Positions 1-9,900 of a DNA stretch of 26,242 nt are shown here, piece by piece. The translations under genes were made by a program, and so were the position numbers. The notes beneath the pieces were generated by a model, which saw only the letters and a program-made list of their open reading frames with translations, was not told the origin of the DNA and did not search any database. The stretch's first letter is position 1; the number at the start of each line of letters is the position of its first letter. Source of the DNA: a virus; the IMG/VR virus record IMGVR_UViG_3300002054_000060, one strand, 5' to 3'.

Positions 1-894
1 CTAAGTGGCGCCGTCGTCTTCACAACAGGTTTGTAGACAAGGCAGCCGAGCAAAACGAAAGCGCGGCCGATGCCGCGACAGCACCTCTGCCACATTGGTT
101 ACATGCTCACCGGCAGACTCCAACAGACTCTCGCACTCAAAGGCATTATCAGTCTGACCCTGTCCGTCCTCATCCAGACGAGTGATATGCCAAGCCTGTT
201 CATGAACGCGACGATGGCAGTCAGGGCACAGCATGCAGCCGTTATTCACGGAGGTCTCACCGCCGTGTGCCCAGTGAACAATATGGTGCGCCTGCAGCCA
301 GCGTGTCGCTGTGCAGCCCGGGAATTGGCAACACTCGTCTCTCGCGCGCAGAGCACGCAGCATGGGCTCTGGCCACACGCGCGTTTTGCGACCTATTGAC
401 AGCGGCTCGCCGCGCTCGGAGATCACAGTCACCAGACTCGAATCACACGCGATGCGTTGTGCGGTGGCGGCAGTAACAGCGCCGCTACCTTGTATGAACG
501 CTCGTACCTCTTCCGCGCGCTCGATACAGCGCAAAAATTGCGCTGCTGTGTCCGGTGGCAGAGTCAACTTGAAGACCGTGTTGCCATCACCGCTACGCGA
601 CCAGATCAGGCCACGCCGTTCATGGCGGATTTGATCAGCCTCATTTTCTGCATCAATGTCTGACAGCGTACGCCTCCATCGATACTGGCTGACCATGCGT
701 ACAACATCGCCTGCCGTCATGTCCAGCGAGGTGGCTGCCAGCGCATGTTCGTTGTCAGCTGTTGCCACACGAGTGAGTGCACGCACTTTGGACCATCCCA
801 GACGGCCAGAGCGGAACAAGCTTTGTGTCTGGCGCTTGCTCTGGTTGCCGTGGCGCAGTCTCCTGCTCAGCTTCCCGCGACATCTCGATCGCAA
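1..894 (-). CDS. DUF222/HNH endonuclease-family protein, probably N-terminally truncated and internally deleted (host side)
   Basis: C-terminal HNH module RDECCQFPGC...AHHIVHWAHGGETSVNNGCMLCPDCHRRVH; DUF222-type segments FRSGRLGWSKVRALTRVAT and TAQRIACD...PLSIGRKTR. Stop TAG at 3..1. The N-terminus does not look like a normal DUF222 start, so the start is uncertain and it may be a pseudogene. Confidence 0.75.
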   Translation of the reverse strand: MRSRCRGKLSRRLRHGNQSKRQTQSLFRSGRLGWSKVRALTRVATADNEHALAATSLDMTAGDVVRMVSQYRWRRTLSDIDAENEADQIRHERRGLIWSRSGDGNTVFKLTLPPDTAAQFLRCIERAEEVRAFIQGSGAVTAATAQRIACDSSLVTVISERGEPLSIGRKTRVWPEPMLRALRARDECCQFPGCTATRWLQAHHIVHWAHGGETSVNNGCMLCPDCHRRVHEQAWHITRLDEDGQGQTDNAFECESLLESAGEHVTNVAEVLSRHRPRFRFARLPCLQTCCEDDGAT

Positions 895-1224
895 TTCGCA
901 GACGCTGATTCCTGTCGCGCTCTGTTAGGTGAGGGAAGGGGATGCCACCTGTGGGGTCAGATTTTCTTGCGCGTGGCAGCGCCTATCGTTGATTCGACCT
1001 CGGCCATGCTCATGCCGATGCGCACGCCTTTCTCTTGCGGAGACGCGCATGCGGCGAGTAGCGCTGCGCAAGTCGCAATCACGATGAGTTTGAATGAGCG
1101 CATTGACGTGAGATCCCTGGAGCGCTGCTTGAGCGAGATATTCCAAGGTGCAAAGACAATGCCGCGCGGCGCTCCAGCCGGAGGTTGAGCCCGTATACTT
1201 TCTGCGAGCTATGTGCGCCCTACC

Positions 1225-1246
1225 AGAACCCCTTTCAAGAGATTCT
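1225..1246 (-). terminator. Hairpin directly 3' of the tRNA-like CCA end (possible tRNA terminator or trailer stem)
   Basis: Minus strand AGAATCTCTT-GA-AAGGGGTTCT forms a stem with G-U pairs that only work on the minus strand. No clear U-tract. Confidence 0.4.
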
Positions 1247-1260
1247 TGGTACCGAGGGGG
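1247..1260 (-). other. Candidate prophage att core: displaced tRNA 3' end (tRNA-Leu(GAG)-like, ...CCTCGGTACCA)
   Basis: Plus strand TGGTACCGAGGGGG = minus CCCCCTCGGTACCA, an acceptor-stem 3' half plus discriminator and CCA. It lies ~220 bp upstream of a tyrosine integrase at the host/phage gene boundary. The rest of the tRNA is absent. Confidence 0.6.
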
Positions 1261-1478
1261 CAATTTTGTACCCATGTGGACACAGCCATTGCAGGCTAGT
1301 GTGCGTGAGAAGCGATAAGCGTCCACTTAGAAACAGGGTGCAAGCGCTTACTTAGTATTCAAGGTGCTTTCAGAGGAAAAAATATCGGGTGCGTTGTAGC
1401 GCTCTATAAGGCACGCTTGAAAGTGCTCTTTGCGTGTGGTTGTATAAGGTTTCACAAACCCAAAACGACCACGACGGT

Positions 1479-2654
1479 ATGGCGCAAAGACGCAGAAGAA
1501 AGCAGCTACCTCCGGGCTGCGAACTCATGGCTAATGGCAAGATTCGAGCACGCGGAATAGCCCCTGGAGCTCCGGCTCGACAACGCACAGGCGCCATGTT
1601 CGACAGCGTGCTTGAAGCCGAAGAGTGGCTCTACAAACTACGTGCCGGCGAGTTGATCGTCTGCCCCGAAACATGGAAGGTCTTGGGGGAGAAAACAGAG
1701 GAGTACAGGACCCCGCCACTGCGCGAAATCATGGAGCGCTACCGGGATGAAATCACTCCGTTGCGGTGCAAAAATCCGAAGCACCAAAACGACATGATCG
1801 ACCGCATGATTCGTGACTACCCCGGGTTTGTCAGTGAGCCCATCGGTCAGATCGATGCCGAGTTCATTCAGACCGAGTGGGTCAACAAAAGACTGGTCGC
1901 TCGCAAGCTCTCAAAGACGGGCAGGGATCTCGGCCAGATCAGTAGCGACACAGTACGGCGTGAGTACGGCTGTCTGTCTGGCATCTTCACTCAGGCTCGC
2001 AAATGGAAGCACATCAAGAGCAGGGACTTCATGGAGGATGTCGAGCTGCCACCCAAAGGGGAGGGTAGACGGCGTGGCGTCACGCCAGAGGAGCTGCAGG
2101 CGATGTTTCAGTATCTGCACTTCGACCCCGAGCGTCCGGAGATCAGTCAATCCAGGCAGAAGATCGGCGCGTGCGCACGGGTGGCGATGGGATCAGCGAT
2201 GCGCCTCAAAGAGTGCGTACTCATGCAATGGGGCTGGCTCTCGGCTGACTGCGCCATAGTTGAGCTACCGGTGGGATTCGCCAAGACATCAAAAAGCCGG
2301 CTGGTACCTCTCTCGAGCGGCGCTGCCGAGATGCTGCGCAAGATCAGGCCCGAACATGTGAACTACGCAGACCGGGTGTTCCCAGGGCTCAGCCCAGATA
2401 CCGCGAGCTCAACCTGGCGCGATGGCCGTGATCATGTGTGTGGTCACTTGCCGCTGGAGAAGCGCTTTCGCTTCCACGACCTGCGTGGCACGTCAGCCAC
2501 CGGAATGCTGCGCCACATGGATTCAGCCAACGTCATGCACATCACAGGGCACACAGACCCCAAGATGTTGGCAGCTCACTACAACGGGGTGGACGTGGAG
2601 TATCTGCGCAAGGGGCTAGACAAAATGGAGAGCGACTACTTTGGCGGTGAGTGA
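1479..2654 (+). CDS. int: Tyrosine recombinase / phage integrase
   Basis: Catalytic residues in order: SAMRLKE (R), KTSKSR (K), FHDLR (HxxR), TGHTD (H), HYNG (Y). ATG at 1479 preferred over GTG 1434. Confidence 0.92.
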   Translation: MAQRRRRKQLPPGCELMANGKIRARGIAPGAPARQRTGAMFDSVLEAEEWLYKLRAGELIVCPETWKVLGEKTEEYRTPPLREIMERYRDEITPLRCKNPKHQNDMIDRMIRDYPGFVSEPIGQIDAEFIQTEWVNKRLVARKLSKTGRDLGQISSDTVRREYGCLSGIFTQARKWKHIKSRDFMEDVELPPKGEGRRRGVTPEELQAMFQYLHFDPERPEISQSRQKIGACARVAMGSAMRLKECVLMQWGWLSADCAIVELPVGFAKTSKSRLVPLSSGAAEMLRKIRPEHVNYADRVFPGLSPDTASSTWRDGRDHVCGHLPLEKRFRFHDLRGTSATGMLRHMDSANVMHITGHTDPKMLAAHYNGVDVEYLRKGLDKMESDYFGGE

Positions 2655-2911
2655 CGCTCATACCACGCCATGATCTCTGAGGGCTTGTAGCGCTTGCCAG
2701 CCTGACCATTGGCTGTGTACGGCTTGGGAAAGTCCTTGCAGGTGATGATGTGCGTTTTCACGCTGGACTTTTCGTAGTTCGTGTACAGGGCGATCTCATC
2801 AAGGCCCCACAGTTGAAACTCCGCGACCTGACTCTTCCGCAGCAACTCTTCGAGCAGTAAGTTGGCGCGGCGCAGCTCGATAAGCTCAGGGGATTCAGTG
2901 TTGACTAGCAT
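2636..2911 (-). CDS. Excisionase/AlpA-like small winged-HTH protein
   Basis: 91 aa with LWGLDEIALY...IITCKDFPKP...RYKPSEIMAW, the typical AlpA/Xis pattern (FPKP, W near the C-terminus). Adjacent to the integrase, 3' ends overlap by 19 bp. Confidence 0.75.
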   Translation of the reverse strand: MLVNTESPELIELRRANLLLEELLRKSQVAEFQLWGLDEIALYTNYEKSSVKTHIITCKDFPKPYTANGQAGKRYKPSEIMAWYERHSPPK

Positions 2912-3012
2912 GTAAGTGTAACGATTCGTGAGTGAATCGCCATTCTACACAGTAAGTACCTACTTAGCGCACGCAGTAGAACATAGGGAGTTAATCACCT
3001 ATGTTTTGATGG

Positions 3013-3459
3013 TCAGTCAACCGGCCAGTTTCTGATTACTTGTCGCAGCTCATCCATATCGGCGCGAGACTTCGGAGTGATGTTGGCGCCCTTGGCAGTG
3101 CTGCGCATAGTGCGCACCACTTTCATTTCGCCCTTGCTGAGTATCATCTGGTTATCAGGCAAAAACACCGATCGCAACGTCTTGGCAAACTCAGGTTGAT
3201 ATTCATCAAGGCATTGCATGATGAACACAGCAGGATCAAGGCCAAGGACTTCTGCAATCTCTTCCGCCCGTTCCATCGGCACTCGAGATCTCCCTTTTCT
3301 GAGCAAGGTTAGAAAATTGGAGTTTTTGTAGCCAAGTTCGTCGGCAATCTCCACCAGGGTCTTGCCGGTGAGGTTGATCGCTCTGTCTATGGTCTCTCGC
3401 ACGGTGTTGCCCTTCCTGCTCGACGACCCTTTGGATTTCGCGGTTGCTTCTCTCATCAT
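3013..3459 (-). CDS. XRE-family HTH transcriptional regulator (probable prophage repressor)
   Basis: KTLVEIADELGYKNSNFLTLLRKGRSRVPMERAEEIAEVLGLDP is an XRE HTH. ATG at 3459 has a GAGG SD upstream. Divergent from the replication operon. Confidence 0.8.
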   Translation of the reverse strand: MMREATAKSKGSSSRKGNTVRETIDRAINLTGKTLVEIADELGYKNSNFLTLLRKGRSRVPMERAEEIAEVLGLDPAVFIMQCLDEYQPEFAKTLRSVFLPDNQMILSKGEMKVVRTMRSTAKGANITPKSRADMDELRQVIRNWPVD

Positions 3460-3686
3460 TGTTGTTGCGCCTCTCATAAGCTGTTGAATCGGCCTGCGCT
3501 TCGTCAATTTGCTGACTGCAGGTGCATTAAATTGCAGTAACAATTAGTAACTCATTGTAACTTAATGTACCTGTGTAATAGAGCACTTACTTACTGTTAG
3601 AAGTCTCACTTTCGTCAAATACTCGCCAGTCCACTCCCCGATAGATTGGGGGTACAGTAAGCGCTCACTCACTGACAACGTTACTC

Positions 3687-5810
3687 ATGAACACACACGT
3701 AGGTTCAGCCCACCAGCTTGCTCGGGTGGTACTACTCAGAAAGGCTGTCAAGGATATTGTCAATATCCTTGCTGGCGAGGGCATCAAAGTTCAAAGCTCT
3801 GGCCTTACAGCGTATGTCGAGGTGGATCCCAGCACAGGCATACCCACTCTGGTTAACATTCCGATGTTGCCCGATGATTGCAGCCAGCAGACGCTCGATA
3901 CCGTGATTGGTTTCATGGACCGAGAGGTTGCTAAATTGCTGTTTTCAGACTTCAAGGTGCGCCAGCTTGCGCATGGCAACGGCAAGACGTTTGGGCAGTT
4001 GTTTGATGTCATCGACGCGATCCAGACCGACGAGCGCTTTCAGCATCGATACCGTGGCGCTGTGACCACGATGCGCAGCATGTTTGATTTCTATTTGACG
4101 CGCCACGTTGATGATCGCCTGAAAATAGCCATTGAGGACGAGAACACGCAGGGCGCCGTCACTGCGTTGTTTGTGCCGATGTTCCGCGCCCTGGCTGGTC
4201 GCCCCCAGGCGCAGGCATACATGGACGCAGGTGACAAATGGCAACACGTCAACGGGTTCTTGTTTCACATCCCTGATGAACTCAAGGCACGCATCAAGAC
4301 GGTCAACAACAGTCTGGCAGCGTTCGATCTGACCCGCGACATTCTGGAATGCTTCCAGGGTGACGAGAGCGGCGAGGATTCAGACGGAAAGGGTGACAGC
4401 TCCTCTGACTCCGGCGACAGTGACACTGGCAGTGAGGATGACAGTGGCGAACCCAGCGGTGATGACGCCAGCGCGCCGAGCAAATCAGACCCCAAGCCTG
4501 AATCTGACACGCCAGATAGCGAAGAGTCTGAGCCTGAGTCCAGCGATGACGACGAGAACGATGGCGATACCGAGTCAGCGCCAGAAACGGGTGACGAGTC
4601 CAGCGATGACGACGAATCAGGTGACGATAGTGCCAGCTCCGAGGCTGAGACCAAGCCAGAGGGCCATGACGACGAGAACGATGGCGATACCGAGTCAGCG
4701 CCAGACGCAGCGCCAGAAACGGGTGACGAGTCCAGCGATGACGAAGGCTCTGGCGCGAGCATGGAGCTCGCCGAAATGCCCGATGCCAAAGCGGAGAAGA
4801 GCGACGAGCCACCGCCAGCTTTCGATGGATTCTTCAACACGGGCGAGTTCGATATGAGCGCCAGTCAGTGCCTGAGTCGAGAGCTTACGTCCGGCTCAGG
4901 CGATGCCAAATACTTGCCCTACTCAACAGACTTTGATGTCGAGCGTATGCACAAGTTATCGCCGCGATTCAAGCAGCATTGCCTGGATCGCATGGATAGC
5001 GCCGTGTCCGATATGGTGGGGCCAATGTCAACCACGCTACAGCGTGTGTTTACCGCACGTTCGCAGACACGCTGGCGCTCCGGCATGAAGTCTGGGCGCT
5101 ACCATCAGAAGAAAGCCACCCGTGTGCTCATGGGCGACGACAAAGTGATGCGGCGGCGTCAGTCCTCAGAGATCACCAATAACGTGGCCGTGTCACTGGT
5201 GGTTGATCTGTCGGGATCCATGACTGGCGCTCCCATCCAGATAGCGATGACCGCTGCGATGGGCTTGGCTCGCGTGCTTGAGCGCCTCAAGGTCAAGTGC
5301 GAAGTGTCAGGGTTTACCACTTACAGGAACGGCGAGCTCGAAAAGATGATTAGCCAGCACGAGAGTGGGTCTGACAGTCACCGTAATTGGCGCCGTGAAG
5401 CGCTGAATTTGCCGATATTCAAGTCATTTCAGGACAGGCTCACTCACGTACAGGAGGAACTGATGGCCGATGCTGCGTTTGGTGGCGTTCGCCTTGCCAA
5501 CAACGTCGATGGTGAATCAGTGCAGCGTGCAGCGATACGCCTTGTGGCGCAAAACCCCAAGGCTGACAAGCACATGATGATTGTGCTCTCAGACGGTGAA
5601 CCAGCAGCGCACGGTGACATGCACGCGATGGAAGAGCACCTCAAGGAAGTGGTGCAAGCGTCAATGGCAGCCGGCATCCACACGGTTGGCATTGGCATCC
5701 AGACAGAAGCCGTGCGTCACTTCTACCCGAACCATGTTGTGCTCGAAGACATTGACAAGCTGCCTGAAGTGGTAGTGGGCGAGCTGCGCTCGATGCTGTT
5801 AGCCCCTTGA
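3687..5810 (+). CDS. cobT: CobT-like VWA-domain protein (phage type) with long acidic linker
   Basis: MIDAS motif VVDLSGSM and VLSDGEP; D/E/S-rich linker; paired with a downstream AAA+ ATPase. Confidence 0.85.
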   Translation: MNTHVGSAHQLARVVLLRKAVKDIVNILAGEGIKVQSSGLTAYVEVDPSTGIPTLVNIPMLPDDCSQQTLDTVIGFMDREVAKLLFSDFKVRQLAHGNGKTFGQLFDVIDAIQTDERFQHRYRGAVTTMRSMFDFYLTRHVDDRLKIAIEDENTQGAVTALFVPMFRALAGRPQAQAYMDAGDKWQHVNGFLFHIPDELKARIKTVNNSLAAFDLTRDILECFQGDESGEDSDGKGDSSSDSGDSDTGSEDDSGEPSGDDASAPSKSDPKPESDTPDSEESEPESSDDDENDGDTESAPETGDESSDDDESGDDSASSEAETKPEGHDDENDGDTESAPDAAPETGDESSDDEGSGASMELAEMPDAKAEKSDEPPPAFDGFFNTGEFDMSASQCLSRELTSGSGDAKYLPYSTDFDVERMHKLSPRFKQHCLDRMDSAVSDMVGPMSTTLQRVFTARSQTRWRSGMKSGRYHQKKATRVLMGDDKVMRRRQSSEITNNVAVSLVVDLSGSMTGAPIQIAMTAAMGLARVLERLKVKCEVSGFTTYRNGELEKMISQHESGSDSHRNWRREALNLPIFKSFQDRLTHVQEELMADAAFGGVRLANNVDGESVQRAAIRLVAQNPKADKHMMIVLSDGEPAAHGDMHAMEEHLKEVVQASMAAGIHTVGIGIQTEAVRHFYPNHVVLEDIDKLPEVVVGELRSMLLAP
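4546..4744 (+). repeat. Direct duplication inside the acidic linker (4546-4612 and 4666-4744; second copy has a 12-bp insertion)
   Basis: ATGACGACGAGAACGATGGCGATACCGAGTCAGCGCCAGA...AACGGGTGACGAGTCCAGCGATGACGA occurs twice, 120 bp apart, encoding DDENDGDTESAP(DAAP)ETGDESSDD. Confidence 0.9.
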
Positions 5811-5890
5811 AGCAAGTAACTAAGTAAGTACACACTGCCCGCAGTGCTTTGGTTAAAGTATCTGCTCACTCACACTGGAAATCTAATCTC

Positions 5891-6931
5891 GTGACCAACT
5901 CTGAAAACCTTGTCAGCATGATGGCCGCTGACCTCTCCGCAATGGCTCAACCTGGGCCGTACACCATCAAGCCACAGGCGATGAACAAAGCGTTTCGCCT
6001 GAAAGATTCGGAATCCAAGCCGTTCATGTCCGCGGTGTCTGGCAAGCCCATACCCATCGGCGTCATGGGCGATACGCCCTTCGAGCAGATGATCCCCGCG
6101 TTCGATGATGACTATGTGATGGATGCAGAGCTGTTGAAAAACCTCTCTGTCGCTGTTGGCGAGAACATGCCTGTCCTGATGTACGGATTTCATGGCACGG
6201 GCAAGTCCTCTCTGTTCAAGCAATACTGCGCAGCGACGCGACGCCCGTATGTGCGTGTGCAGCACACCGGCAACACAGAAGAGCAGGATTTGCTCGGCAC
6301 CACGCTGGCTCGTGACGGCGCGACGTACTTCGCCCCGGGTGTGCTCGCTATGGCGATGCGATTCGGGTGGTTTCTGAACCTCGATGAGTACGACATGGCT
6401 GATCCATCCGTGACCGCTGTGTACCAGCCGGTACTCGAGGGTGAGCCGCTGTTCATCAAGGAAGCTCCACCCGAGTGGCGCTTTGTGCAACCACACCCTG
6501 ACTTTCGGATTGGCGCTACTGCCAACACCAACGGCTCTGGCGACGAGACAGGACTCTACCAGGGCACCAACTTGGGTAACGCCGCCAACTACTCACGGTT
6601 CTCCGTAGCGTGTCGCGTTGACTACATGGACAAGGATCAGGAAGCCCGCATTGTCATGCAGAAAGCTGGCGTGCGTGAGGAGGATGCCCGGAACTTTGTC
6701 GAGTTCGCCACGATGGTGCGCTCTGCCTTTATCAGCAAGAAAATCACCAACACGATCGGGCAGCGCGAGCTGATCGCCGCTGCCAAGTTGGGCGTGGCGC
6801 GAGTGAGCTGGACCAAGGGCTTGCAGTTAGCATTCGTCAACCGTCTGTCCGAGCAGGATCGCGCCGTCGTTGACATGATGCTCAACACCGTGTTCGCCAG
6901 TGAGTCCGAAAAGCTCGCCGCTGTTGTTTGA
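5891..6931 (+). CDS. cobS: CobS/MoxR-like AAA+ ATPase
   Basis: Walker A GFHGTGKSS, Walker B LNLDEYD, sensor ATANTNGSGD, arginine finger SRF. Start uncertain (GTG 5891 or ATG 5918; the track's TTG 5849 overlaps regulatory motifs). Confidence 0.88.
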   Translation: MTNSENLVSMMAADLSAMAQPGPYTIKPQAMNKAFRLKDSESKPFMSAVSGKPIPIGVMGDTPFEQMIPAFDDDYVMDAELLKNLSVAVGENMPVLMYGFHGTGKSSLFKQYCAATRRPYVRVQHTGNTEEQDLLGTTLARDGATYFAPGVLAMAMRFGWFLNLDEYDMADPSVTAVYQPVLEGEPLFIKEAPPEWRFVQPHPDFRIGATANTNGSGDETGLYQGTNLGNAANYSRFSVACRVDYMDKDQEARIVMQKAGVREEDARNFVEFATMVRSAFISKKITNTIGQRELIAAAKLGVARVSWTKGLQLAFVNRLSEQDRAVVDMMLNTVFASESEKLAAVV

Positions 6932-9900
6932 TGCTAGCGCTACTGGATAACGAGAGCCACTTCGGTCTGGGGCGAGCACTACTGACCCCGGACGATGTGG
7001 TGGCCCACGCAGCGGCGCAAGGATGCGCTGCTGTGGGCCTGGCCGATTACATGTCGGTTGATGGCGTGGTGAGCTTCACTGCCGCGGCAAAAAAGCACGG
7101 CGTCAAGCCCATCATCGGATGCCGGCTGGCAGTCCACCTGATGAAAGACACTGCTGGCGAGACTGCCACCAAGTCCTATGGCGTGGGCAGCATCATTGCC
7201 TACCCCAAGAACGCTGCGGGGTTCACTGAGCTACTCCAACTACTCTCACTGGCTCACTGTGAGCCCAGAGCGCATCGAGGAGTGGGGCGTATTTGGCCTA
7301 GCGACTTGCTGGCACTGGCAGCCAGTGGCAACCACCTGTTTTTGCTATCGCCAGATGAACCGATGTACCGCTGGCCTGAGTTTGAGGATGTACTGCTCAC
7401 GCTGGCACGCATGAGCCGCGAGCGTGGTGAGCCTGTGCTGTCATTGCCAGTTCTGCAGGGCAAGACGCCGCTGCATGTGCGCATCAATACCGACACGATG
7501 GAGTGGAGTGACCGCTTGCTTGATTCATACGACTACGCAGCGCCTCTAATTTACTGCGGCGCTGCCAAGTACAAGCACGCAGATGAGGCGCACGCGAGCG
7601 CCTATGACACCTTCCGGGCTTCCGCCACGCAGAGCTTCATACGCTCCACCGGCAAACTGATCTACCGACGCTACGCACGCGACGACGCGCCGGTGAGTGT
7701 CGATGTAGCATCGACAGCGCTGGAGTGTACCGGCATCGTGGCCGCCGATATGAGCGAGGACGTGCTGGAGCACCTTGAGTATGTGTGGGAGCCCATGCCG
7801 GTATCGCTGCCGCGCACGCTCGATACGATCACTGACGACGATTCTGAATATGAGCATCTGGTTGACCTTGTGCTCATGGGCATTGAGACGCGCTTGGGGC
7901 AGTCGGTATTGGGCTACCAACCATCGGACGAGGACATAGTTACCCGCTACCAGCCTCGCATCCGCTACGAGCTGGAGGTGCTCAAGAGCATGGGGTTCTG
8001 CCGCTACTTTCTGGTGGTGGCTGATCTGGTGAACTACGCGAAGAACAGGGGCATCTTGGTGGGGCCTGGCCGTGGCTCTGTGGGTGGCTCCATCGTGGCG
8101 TACCTGATGGGCATTACCGATGTGGACCCCATTCGATTTGACCTGCTCTTTGAGCGCTTCATTAACCCTGAGCGTCTGGATTTACCGGATGCTGACATCG
8201 ACTTTGAATCTGCCCGGCGCCACGAGGTCCATGAGTATCTGGTCGAGCGCTACGGGGCAGACTGCGTGGCGAACGTCACCAACTATGTGACCGCACAGCC
8301 TTCGAGCGCATTCAGGCGAGCTGCGATGGTGCATGGCTTGCCACCGGGTCAGCAAAACCTGTCCGTGCAGATACAAGCAGGTGTTGATCTTGAGTCAGCG
8401 GCGGCCAACATCCCTGCCATTGCTGTCTACAAGGCAGAAAACCCAAGGGCATTCTCCGATGCCGTGCTGATGACAGGATTCAATGCCGGGTTCTCCGTCC
8501 ACGCAGGCGGCGTCATCGTTACTGACAGCGCTCCGGGTGAGCGTCTGGCTGATCGCTCGACAGTGGTGGTCAGGAAGGAAACCCCGTGCGTGTCATGGGA
8601 CAAACACAGCGTTGAAGGATTTGGCCTGGTCAAGATTGACATGCTCTCGATCAGCACGCTTGATGGCTTGTCGGTCGCACTCAAGCTGTTGGGCGACAAG
8701 GTGGATCTGACGCAACTACCGCTCGATGATGAGCTGACGCTCAAGGGCTTCGAGCAAGGCGAGACGATCGGGGTGTTCCAGTTCGAGAGTCGCGGTATGC
8801 GCCGGCTGCTTGTGGACATGGCACGCAAAGTGTCGCGCACACCGGGCTCGCTTGATGAAGTTGTTGAGCGCAACCCGCTCAACTTCATGGACTTGGCGGT
8901 AGCAACAGCGCTCTATCGCCCTGGCCCGATGGAATCAGGAATGATGGCGGAGTATGTCGCCAATCGGCAAGTAGGCGCAGAGGTGTCCGTGATTCACCCG
9001 GACATGAAGCCGATCTTGAGCAAGACGATTGGCGCGATGGTGTTTCAAGAGCAGGTCATGGAGGTGGCTAGAGTGATCGCGGGCTTTTCACTCGCGGAAG
9101 CTGACTTACTGCGTCGGGCGATTGGTAAGAAAGACGCTGACAAAATGGCTGCTTTGCGTGATGATTTTGTGAGCCGTTGCGTCAGCTACAAAGGATTGGC
9201 TGCGCATGATGCTACGCACCTGTTCGACAACATAGAAAAGTTCGCGTCGTACTCGTTCAATGCGAGTCACTCAGTCGCTTATAGCCTCATTTCGTATCAA
9301 TGTATGTACCTCAAGCAGCATCATCCTGTTGAGTTCTACTGCGGGCTGATGAACTCAGCGACTGCCAAGGGTGACTTCCGGCTGCGCACGTTGATAGCCG
9401 ATGCGAAAGCCAACGGCATCATGGTGCTGCCACCCGACATCAACCAGTCACAGCTTGCGTTCGCCCCTAGTGAGCACGAGGGCAAGCGCTGCATCGTGGC
9501 ACCACTGTCCGTTATGAGAGGCTTGGCAGAGAAGGGCGCCACTAAGGCCATTCACGCACGCGAATCACTCCCCGGCGCTGTGTTCACCAGCCGTGAGCAT
9601 TTCAGTGCCAGCGTGGACAGGCGCTCGATCAACAAGACGGTGGTGGCAGCGCTCGAAGCTGTCGGTGGTTTCCGCAGTCTGGATGATCCGAGTGACCCCG
9701 AGTACGTGTCGGTGATGGATGAATCCAGACGCGGTGCGCAGCTTGAGAGCTGCCCCGGCATCATCGTGGATTTTGTCAGGGCTGATCGCGTACTGGATGT
9801 CGTCGGTGCGAAGGACGGCCTGATCGATATGCACACACGGATCAACAAGTGCGACCGCTGTGCGCTGGCGTGTGGCAAGCACTACAACCCGGCGAACACG

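Noticed and set aside
900-1330. Intact tRNA gene or real ORFs (745-1188 +, 925-1326 -)
   Set aside because: No cloverleaf could be folded and only a 14-nt 3' fragment is present. The ORFs lack motifs, and one spans the presumed att junction.
4265-4857. Several long alternative-frame and antisense ORFs over the cobT linker
   Set aside because: By-products of low-complexity, stop-poor sequence.
3687-6931. Cobalamin biosynthesis function for cobT/cobS
   Set aside because: No cobN or other cob genes in the window. Such AAA+/VWA pairs are common in phage replication regions, so the names reflect homology only.
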